Shown piece after piece: positions 54,159-64,000 of a stretch of 64,000 nt of DNA. The first letter of the stretch is position 1. Each line of letters starts with the position of its first letter. The translations under genes and the position numbers were made by a program. The notes under the pieces were generated by a model. That model saw only the letters and a program-made list of their open reading frames with translations. It searched no databases and had not been told where the DNA came from. Origin of the DNA: Antedon mediterranea (taxonomy: Eukaryota > Animalia > Echinodermata). The DNA lies in contig NC_092679.1 of NCBI RefSeq assembly GCF_964355755.1, positions 12,507,432 to 12,571,431 on the forward strand. The letters are read 5' to 3'.

Positions 54159-57100
54159 TTGAAATTTAAAGTTAATGTCCAAATTGTTTAGTTTTCGATA
54201 ATAAATATACTTAAATTGCATGAATATAGAATTATGTTAATGTTTAACTTGAATTGTGAACAGTCCTTTTCAGAATTTATAAAAAAACACAGTGTAATTG
54301 TGAACAACAGGAACGTAAGTTAATTTATCATATTAAATGTTTATACAAAAACTGTCCACCATTTTAATATTTTATTTAAGAAAGTTGATAATTTATGTTC
54401 GTTGTTTTAAAAAACATTTGCTTTGCTTTTTTTAAAAAATTATCTTTTTACCAATTTATATCTAAAACCATCCGTATGAAGTTAGGTATTAGTGTTACAG
54501 TAAGTTATGGTCTACACAACTTCTATAAAGTCTAAAAGATCGGAAGGACTGATATTTTTAATGTTGATAAAGATATCAAGGGCTTTTAACCAGGAATTGT
54601 ACATTAGATCCTGTACTATAAAATATATTTCAGGTTATGGATGTAATACAGTTTCTTTCTGCATTGATTTTTATTGTTTATTGATTAATAAACCTCAAAA
54701 GCAAAGTGTATTAGTAGGATTAATATTGCAATGTAATATTGTTCATCTGTTTCAAGTTGAAAACTCTCCGGATTACTCCTCTCCCCAGATTCTCATTTTC
54801 AAATACGCACATGGGTATTTCGTAACAATCAATAAAGGTTGAAAGTGTACTAAGTTGAGTTGTTAATTAATAGATACGAGACCGATGAAAGCTCCTGAAT
54901 ACGACTGATAATTCCCCAGTTGATTGGTGTCTCTAATTGATTTCCCTGCGGAACGTATGATAGAGAGATGTCCGCCATAGTGATTCATGTATCAATAGCG
55001 ATAATTATCGTCTCTATAGATGAGTACAGGTGTCATGGACCTGTCATTGTTCTTTTTACATGTAATATCATCACCTCAGGTGTTTATATCTAATGTACAT
55101 TTACCTTCGCTGGAATGATGGATTTTAATGACTACCTCTAGTATCAATTAATATATAAATATTAAATCAAAATATAATATTTCCATAAAATAACATGTTT
55201 GTGTTTTTATACCAACGATAATTAAAAACTTAAATGTTATGCAAAATTATAAATACAGTATTATGCAAATTTGTATAATTTATTTATATATTTCAAATAT
55301 ATTTATAAACGATACTCCATAGAATAAATTAAATTTTCACTTTCATCCAAGGTTTCTCTTCTGGAACATTGTTCCTCTGATCTATTTTTAACGACTATTA
55401 TATAAATAATTATTGTATTATAAGTTAACTGGGAGTTAATTCAACAAGGTGGAGCCAAGTAAGAAAGTCAATCTTTCAATGAATGAAAATATTCTTCATA
55501 TTCAGTAAATAAAAAACATTTGTAATGCATGGACTCTTCCAAAGTAAACTTTTAATCTGGTGCTTCCATTATTGAGTCAATTTTGAAGGCTAAAAAATAA
55601 TATACTTGCTCAACATGTTTTCAATAGTATCCCAATCAAAGTTAAAAACAGTAAAAACGTGATGTAAGATTGATATGAGATAAATACTTTATTTAAATCA
55701 AATGAAATATACTGTATAATGTTTGTAATAGTAGTGTCATCATGTAATGTTGCGTTTCCTACATAAAGAATTAACATTTTAAATGGCCCAGCTATTATCT
55801 GGAAACAAAAATGTGCAATCTGTAACAATTGTTTTATAAGGTTTCTATAATTTAAATTAAGACATTATTGTAAAATATATTGTCCCCCAAAAATATAAAC
55901 AATTAAGATTATTAAAATAAGACTTTGAATAGGCCAGTTTTAATCAAGTTATTCCCTTCTGTAGAAAAAACGAACAACAAATAATGATTTCACTTATAAA
56001 GAGACGAAATAAACAGTTAAATTTTACCAAAAAGTAAATAACTATTATGTGACATTAAAATGGCATAAATGACAAGATTAATAACTTCAAAAGAAGATGT
56101 ACCATCAAAGTACAGCTTGAATCCAAGTCATAATGCTCCAGTATTATGCACTTGTACAATTTCCTCAGTGCAGTTAAACAGTAATTTAAGTTGGCTGATA
56201 ATGATACCTTTTACATGTTTCCATTATCTATACATAGCAATTATCTATTGCTATGTAATCGCATACTGTTTAAATTAAATGCATCCAACTTGAGATCAGC
56301 AATATCTTATATTATTAAAACTGTGTGCACTTTGAAAGCTTTTATAAATAAACTAATAAAGCAACTTTAATGCATTTACTGTTCCGTCATTTCATTCAGG
56401 TTTAAAGCAGAAATTGTAAATTGTGTCTTTAAAGAATGTTGTAAAACAAAAATTTTGTTTTCAACTATTGAAGAACTCCAATTGATGAACTCCTATTTAT
56501 GTTTCATTTATTTGTTCAACCAGCATAACATCAATACAATAACATACACTTCTACATATAAAAATGATAAATGCTTGGTATTGGCATCTTAAGCAAAATA
56601 TATCATTGTAACAAACTCAAATAAGCCAGCTACCTCTCGTACTTAACAATAATGTTTAAATGTATTGAGCTGCAGCAGTTCTTTTAAAGAACAAAACATA
56701 GTAAAAGTAATATTTTCTTGGACTCCAATGTGAATTTTTCTCAATTTTGTATGATGAGGACTTAAAAAAGAAGATTTATCCAGTACATTTTAAAAGTTTT
56801 GTTCCAGTGTTCTGTCTATCTTAGCCCTTGCCATGATGCACTAAATTATATATATATAGTGGTTTGATTCATCCTAAAGCAACCCAACCAAAGTACCTAT
56901 TAAAATATAATAAGTGGGTCAAGAATAGATAAAATATAGCAGCTGAATGAACTTTTTCTGCTTTAGTTGATATGAGAGCTGGCTAATTAATCTGCTCGTT
57001 CTCCCTGTAGACTGATAGTTAAAGAAAACAAACCTACCTAGCAATTCCTTAGGCATTCAATGATATTGATCTTTACATTGATTTCATAAATCTAGACCTG

Positions 57101-58624
57101 AAGACGAACAAATAAAGTTGGAATGACAGAATTGAAATGGCGCGAACCTTAATGTACAATATCAAAGAGAAAGTAATGAGATAAAATGTCAGATAGGATT
57201 TAAAGTTATTCAATTATTTTTTTATGCATAATTGTTTTAATTTTTTTATTTATTTACAAATTCAGATAAAAAAAAATGTTCAACTATCTTTTTACATATT
57301 TAATTTCAATTATAAATAGAATAGTAGCCTTTCACGTTGCCTAGAAAAACTCAGGACTCAGGAAGTTTACACATGCACTGGGACATTGCAGCGTTTTTAC
57401 CAGGGAGTTTACAACTCCCTGGTTTTTACTGTGTGTGTGTGTAAACTCTATACTTTTGCTGAATGATATGTATCAGATGGCTTAGGAATATTCATATACG
57501 ACAGAAATTGGAAAACTAGGATAAATTCGGTGAAAACAACTTTTGTTATACCATAGGTGGCCAATGTGGGCCAATTCAGGCTCTTAATTTTTTGTAAAAC
57601 TATGAAATACTTTATAATGATAAATATATATGGTAATTTCATCACTTTTTTCTTGACATTCTTCTTTTAAGTCCTGAATTCACCACTGTAGCCTATATAG
57701 CCAAACGCTCCATAATGAATCTAGAACTGCTTTTGAAATGATCTAAATCCTAAATGGATTTTAATTAGCGATTAGCCTGTCTTTCATGGACCAAAATAAC
57801 ATTTGGTCAACAGCATTTAGTCAAGTTAGACTATTTGATTTAGATAGATTTCGATGAACTTTTATGAATTACAATTACTTTTTAAATTGTACGTTGAACT
57901 CTTTATTTCTTTTTATACGGATTACCACTTGCTGTTTGACACCATATGCTAGTTTCTATTATACTATTTTGCAAAAGAGTCCAAACAGTGTTCGCTATAA
58001 AGTTTTTTTGTACTTTTCGAGGCAAGCATACAGATAAATAATAGCACAGTTGCAGATGCTGGTAAAATATATATTTTTAATAATATTAAGATTAAATATT
58101 TTTAATTAAATTTATAATAAAATTGAATAAAAACCTGAGACCATTTACAATAAATTGATATTTGTTATTACCATAGACTTTCAATTGATTCTTTTTACAA
58201 GTTCTATGAAATAATAGTAGGTATTATGGCTGTAAAAATTTGCATCAAAGCTATTAAATAGGTCGCATATTTCATACAAAATTGATGCATGAATTTAAAC
58301 AATTTATTTTATATTATCGGTAAAGTTGAGCAATCCTTTGATCAACAGTGTTTGTGTGTTGTCGCTTTTCTTTCAATACCTAGTATCTCAAAAGAATATA
58401 CAGTAATTGTTATTGTTTATTGTATTTTTTGCTCGTAAGAGTGTAATTAATTGGAAAAATACCACAGATACCAGTAAAATATAAGAAACAAACATATTGT
58501 TGTTAACGTTTTCCGTCTTCAGACATTACGCTTTCCACAATTTGTTTCCATTTTTGTCTGTTTATGGCAGGATGGTTTGTTATTGTGTTAGTGTCTACTT
58601 GTCCTTGTAAGTCTTTCTTTATTT

Positions 58625-58820
58625 GATTCATCCAGTTATTTCTTTGTCTGATGAAGAGCTAGTGTTGCCCGAAAGTTCTGCTAACTTTTCTGCCTGTTTT
58701 ACTTTATCGTTTTGATTTAGGTTTTTTTTTTTATCTCTATTTAGATCCAGCCACTGATAACCATCATTGACATTTTTTCAGTAATTTGCATTTGGATTTA
58801 TATATATATATATATATATA
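58625..58820 (+). mobile_element. Penelope-like repeat copy with a degenerate hammerhead, ending in (TA)n
   Basis: CTGATGA (58648-58654) A GAGC TAGTGTT GCCC GAAA GT TC TGC. The remainder is reverse-complementary to 36895-37080. Confidence 0.7.
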
Positions 58821-59167
58821 AATCAAAGAGCTGCATAGGCAGGAAATAGACAAAAATCAAGACCAAATAAGTTAAAAACGTTCAATAAGGCAAGATGTTC
58901 TAGTAATGTTCATTTTCTGTCCACATGTCTTAGACGGAATGTCATACCCAAGTCGTTTAGATCTACCTGGTCAGCATCCTTTGCTTATGTTGATAAGAAG
59001 TTCATATCTGATAGTTTCAATGCTGTTTCCAGACGTTTATGTGCATGGGTATGGGTATTCAATTGAACTTAAAGAAATTTGCGTATTACGATGAACAAAT
59101 GGTATAGTTTAAATAAACTTTCGAGGCAGTTTTAACTTCTTTGATATTGATTTTTTTTATATATATA

Positions 59168-59388
59168 AACCTGACTCTCCAAAAACCGTAATCAATACCT
59201 ACCAAACAACTCTCTCAAACCCAACTTCCTCCCAAAACCCAACTTTCTACAAAACATGACTCCCTCCTAAAATCCAACTCTCTCTCACAAGATCCAACTC
59301 CCACCTGACCTCCTCCTATAACTCCTTATGACTTTCTAACAAAAGTTGGCACTCTTTCAAAAACCAGACTCCCAAAACCCTACTCTAG
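59168..59388. repeat. Degenerate C/A-rich ~19-bp minisatellite
   Basis: Recurring AAAACCCAACTC(T/C)C(T/C)C-like units, with almost no G on the + strand. Confidence 0.55.
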
Positions 59389-61599
59389 GAAATTCAGAAA
59401 AACATTGAAATTTGGAAAACTCTTACGAACCAGAATTTCCACAAAGTCTTATAATTCCCATATTCATTGAAATTGAACCTGTATTACAGTATAAGACAAA
59501 AAGCAGACATTTCAGTCTGGACCAATGGTGTCTGTGGTGGTATTGGAAGAGTTGACTAATTCCAACGTGACTAAAAATCCTTGATGAATATTGTTGTTGG
59601 TGCGTGAAATTGTAAGCTTAAACAATCAAGGGCAATCAATGTAACTGATAGCAGTTAGCAGAATAATGCCAATGATTGCTTATTGATTAACCTTCTATCA
59701 TTCTTTTCATTTTGGGAGGTGTGAGAATCTTGATGATGTCATCACTATCTCATACTGAATATATTATATAATCATCAAAATCTAATTAGCTCAATAAAAA
59801 ATAATGATGAGAGTGACAAAGTAGAAAGACTGGTAGGCCTACCTAGAACATTAATACAGCATTCTTTTCATTTGTATGAAGGAGTTATGTATTTAGTAAT
59901 TTCAGTTACAAGTTTCAAAGATTAAAAAAAAAACTTTATTATCTAAATTGGCATACTAGAAATAGCAATCTAGAAACAAAATTACTAGAAGTACATCATC
60001 AGTGTGTAGGGAACACAGGAACCAAGTTCTTCAAGTGAGTTGGAAAAGAATGATTAGAGAAAGGATGTGTGAACATCTTCTTCTGTAGACCATGAGAGAC
60101 CAAACCAAAAACTGTTTTTTATTACAATAAAAATACAATACAATACCAATTTTCCTTATCCTGCCAAGCTCTTACAATATATTAAAAGTATTAGTCTCCG
60201 ATGAGGTTCAGATTTAAAAAAAAAATAAAAACAATGAAAGTATAAACAATAAAAACAAAAACTATGACAACAATTTTAAATTCAACTAGACTAAAGTGCT
60301 TCTTGACTTCTTGTATCAGTATTTTAATGTGAATTATTATATCATTAAGAGTATACTGTAACTAATCTATATATGATTAAAAATGTTCATCTAGTTTTGA
60401 ATATCCATGAATTAGTAGTTCGTTTTGAAGAAGCTGTGCGAGCAAAACAGCAAAACTTACAAATTTTGTTTTTTCAAAATGAACTACTAACTCACATGTT
60501 TTATAGTTATTTTAAAAATATTGCAGTCAATTTGAGATTTATTTGTGCTATTGTAAGAGGTTTTAGAAAACATTTTATATACATACCTGTATACAGTTCT
60601 TTATGTTAAACCAGTAATTAACGTTTATGTACTTGTTTGTATACATTTTTATATTTAATCATGGAAGTTATTTTTCCATGATTAATACTGTAATATATGT
60701 AATCAAATAACCTTTGACCTTTATTATGGAAATGCAGCAAAATCTTATTGAATTCCCATATGATTTCAAATTTGATTTTTATTGATGTGAATCTTTCTAG
60801 AAGATTAATTGTAGTATCTTGACATGTGTAACGTTTGAAATTTCTCTGTCTCAGTACAGACATGAACGTTCTATCGTGGAGAATCGTTCTATCAATCCCA
60901 TCTCCATATTGTTCTTTGCCAACATGTGTGTCAAATAATAACGCAAGAATCAATATCGCACGCTTACCTGAGTTTGATAAACTTGATCGCAAAGCCAACG
61001 TTAATTAAAACCTCATTAGCATACAAATCCACATCATAAAGTTTGCCCTAATGAGTATGTGAATAGGCAATGAAGGAGAACTGCAGAATTATGTTTGATA
61101 TTAATGTAAGCCCATAAGGCCTATTCGTTTATTCTACTTATTAAATTCTATGAATAAATACATCTTTAATGCATCTAGAAATCATGGATACTTTAATAAT
61201 TAAAATAAAATTGTAAATGTTTAAATGTAATCACCATAAACAATTTGTAACATATATATTTTAGTAAAATGTTATATTTATATTCAAAAATCATTTTAAA
61301 ATATGGGGTAAGTGCATTGAAAATAATAGTGTTTATTATACATTTTTTAGTGTTTGTTTATTTATTTCTCTATTTGTGTTGTTTATCTTTGTTTAAAAGT
61401 TTGCATTTTCATGTTTACATGATATTTGTTATGTAGTGTTTTGATGGTCATTAACGTTGTTGCATATATCCGATATTTGTAAAAAGTAGTTTTGTATTCA
61501 TGAATTTTTGTATACAGTTAACCCTTCCTAAGCATACACAACCATAACGGGAAAGTGTTAACGTTGCTATGCAATCAAATTTTAACAATATCTTGAAAA

Positions 61600-61650
61600 C
61601 CCAGTGGTCTAATGGTTAGGACATCTGCATATCAAGCAGAAGGTGCGACT
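61600..61650 (+). mobile_element. tRNA-derived SINE head fragment
   Basis: CAGTGGTCTAATGGTTAGGACATCTGCATATCAAGCAGAAGG gives an A box and anticodon-like stem. The B box and acceptor stem are missing. Confidence 0.45.
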
Positions 61651-62482
61651 TTTTCTCATTCTAAACAGATTTCCTCATCTTTATCTTTTCAAATTTAAGT
61701 AATTTTTAGTATAATGTATCACCGGGCAGTTTAGAATTTATTCTGTTTTTGTGAGGATTATAAAATTCTGAGAATGTAAGCGGACCTCCTGTAGAAATCT
61801 GGATTCAATACAATCCCTGAACATGTCCCTAAGACAATTGGAAGACATGCCAATTTAAAAAAAAAGTTCAACAAATCTGCTTTATAGACTTTAATGAGAG
61901 GTTTAAATTTATCAAGTCAAGTAGTCAAGTATCATTTATTGTCATTTGTTTTAAGAAAAAACATCGAAATTCTGTTTGCTCTGTTGGCGGAGCACAAGAT
62001 CAAACAGACACAACACGAACTCAAAACAAAAAGTGTCTACATGATTTTTACGGCTCTAATAGCTCCTGGAAAGAAACAATTTGTAAATCGTGCTTTATTG
62101 GCCTTAATAGAACGAAATTGCAGACCGCTGCGCATCAACTGGAATATACTATTTTTTGAATCCCCAGTATAAGTTTTAGTTTACTGTATAAAACCTACTT
62201 GAAGAATATTTCATTACTCTTTTAGAAATAGAAAATGAAATAAAAAAAGCAAAAACTCGGTTGTTGAAGTAGTCAATTTTCACATTAAAAAATACAATAA
62301 AAGTTTAGATTGCAAGAGAGAATAGCATTTAAGGGCTTTATGAAATGTTTTTTTTTTGAGATTCTGGTTTCAAAATGGCTGAATTTATTTTCTGTATTGA
62401 CATTATTTTATTAACTATGATACCACACATTAATTAATAGTTAAATAACTTTATCTATCTTTTTTTTTATTCCACGCTGCAG

Positions 62483-62497
62483 TTGAAACAGTATCAA
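62483..62497 (+). CDS. Candidate 15-nt neurexin microexon (VETVS), phase 1-1, between EGF1 and LNS2
   Basis: Acceptor CTTTTTTTTATTCCACGCTGCAG, exon TTGAAACAGTATCAA, consensus donor GTAAGT. Open in the frame set by the upstream phase-1 donor (G|TT GAA ACA GTA TCA A). Confidence 0.62.
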
Positions 62498-63596
62498 GTA
62501 AGTATGGCATTTCAATATTTTTTTTACTGATATTTTGTTATCTATATTATCTTTCGTCAAATGTTACAAGATAATGATGATGAATAAGCATAGATAGTAA
62601 AGAGAATGAAGGTAATTGCAAGCAGATATTATAAAGAATGACTGACGAGACAAAAATGAAAAGACTAAATGTAATCATATTGTATGGTTTCTTACAAAGG
62701 ATTTAAAAAAAGTAATTATTTTATTATAAATATGCATGGTAATAAAAATAATTTGTTTACGTTATGACTTGTTCTAAGGTGTAGATGAAAGAAATTAGTT
62801 TTCATAAAGGTAATTCTTCTGAGTCGTTCTGATACAGTAGAACCCCTTTTAATGGAAAGACCTATTATAGTAAATTATAGTTTAAACCATTATCCCTTGG
62901 CCGTAGTGTTAAAGCATATTTTCCCAGGAGTTTTATGGGAAAGTGTCCCCTTATTAGAAATATCTCCTGTGTCTTTATTTATCTAAAAAAAATCATGATA
63001 TACTCATAACATGTAAATGTAAACTATGTAATATCATAATACTAAAAGTTATCAACTAATCTATGTCTTATCCTTTAAGTCCTTTAATTTCCTTTGGTTG
63101 ATACATAGAGACCATTAGACACCTGAATATCTTGCTGTACATGTTGTTTATGATAACATCGAATATCTAGCTAGTTCACTATCGTCATAATGAAATTAAT
63201 CAAATACTGCGAATGAAAATTGAACTTTTTGTAACTACAATATATCAAACCCTAGTAAACCTTAGATAAAGTGTAGTTCATATTGTTTGGTAGTTCTGTA
63301 TTCAAGAAAAAAAAATTTCAATTCCGAAGTTAACTGCTTGTGTAGTTTGATGAAGATAGTTTAGAACTGTATCTTTTAAAGACGATTACACCATCTCATA
63401 CAAATATTAAAGAATTAAGACTAAATTATTTTGATTGCATACCCAATATTAAACAATGTTTAAAATTGTTAAATTATATTCATAAATTATTTGCAAAGAA
63501 TTTTTAAAAAATATATTTATTCAGTTATTTGAAAGTTAATATTACAATTGTTTTATTGTTAAGTTGATACTCCTGATTAAAATGATGAACCACAAT

Positions 63597-63935
63597 TTTA
63601 TTTATTTATTTATTTGACTTCTCACTAACTCAGTTAGTGAAGGATCTGAACCAACAGGTGGTAAACACCTCTAAAACGGTCCAGTCCCAATTTGCACAGT
63701 GGCTGTGTGTGACAGTGGCTGTGTTTGTGTGTACTAGTACACTGGGGTAACCCCCTACTCATCTCGAAAGATGTACTAGGTTCTTTAAAGTGTGCATGAG
63801 CTATGTGTACACTGGACCTATGGTTTATAGTCCTTATCCGAGAAGACTCGTTCTACCATCAGAACCATGGAGCGAGTGAGCCTCGAACCCTTGCCGATGT
63901 TATGGATACGTAATTACGGTTCCACTCACTCACAA
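63597..63935 (-). mobile_element. tRNA-derived MetaSINE-like element with (AATA)n tail
   Basis: Minus strand has B box GGGTTCGAGGC, a Meta-domain-like GGACTATAAACCATAGGTCC..GCACACTTTAAAGAACCTAGTACA..TCGAGATGAGTAGGGGGTTACCCC, and a tail seen as (TTTA)n at ~63597-63615. Confidence 0.8.
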
Positions 63936-64000
63936 TGATTGGCAAGTTGGGTATAGAAGGATAAGTAAATGTTAAAAAATAGTGCCATTTTAAACTACTA

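Noticed and set aside
57098-57125. CTGAAGA...GGAA hammerhead-like motif (also CTGATGA at ~22888, ~41309, ~46240)
   Set aside because: No proper stem II plus GAAA and no stem I pairing.
60618-60998. 126-aa minus-strand ORF containing a CAG|GTAAGC donor
   Set aside because: No ATG start, no domain similarity and no convincing acceptor.
61600-61650. tRNA gene
   Set aside because: No T-arm/B box or acceptor stem; treated as a SINE head fragment.

Overview
AT-rich, repeat-dense animal genomic DNA, probably an invertebrate deuterostome such as an echinoderm (inference only). The only convincing protein-coding sequence is the first coding exon of an alpha-neurexin (+ strand, exon 33116-33942, ATG 33210: signal peptide, LNS1/LamG, EGF1, phase-1 donor). 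No exon for the next LNS domain is visible in the remaining 30 kb, so the rest of the window appears to be upstream or intronic sequence. A strong 15-nt frame-preserving microexon candidate (62483-62497, VETVS) lies between EGF1 and LNS2, the position of vertebrate neurexin splice site 1. A possible 5'-UTR exon lies at 11869-11940. The non-coding DNA holds many non-autonomous elements: Harbinger-, hAT-, pogo-, Kolobok-, Ginger- and MULE/Merlin-like MITEs, Helentron-associated elements, Crypton-like palindromes, 5S- and tRNA-derived SINEs, LINE 3' ends and a Penelope-like repeat with a minimal hammerhead ribozyme. Structural highlights are a three-level nested transposon (28287-30065), a MITE inserted into its own family (4700-4873), and an inverted ~620-bp Kolobok pair bracketing the ATG-bearing exon. 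I found no autonomous transposase and no multi-gene novel system. Family names come from termini, TSDs and recalled motifs, not from database searches.
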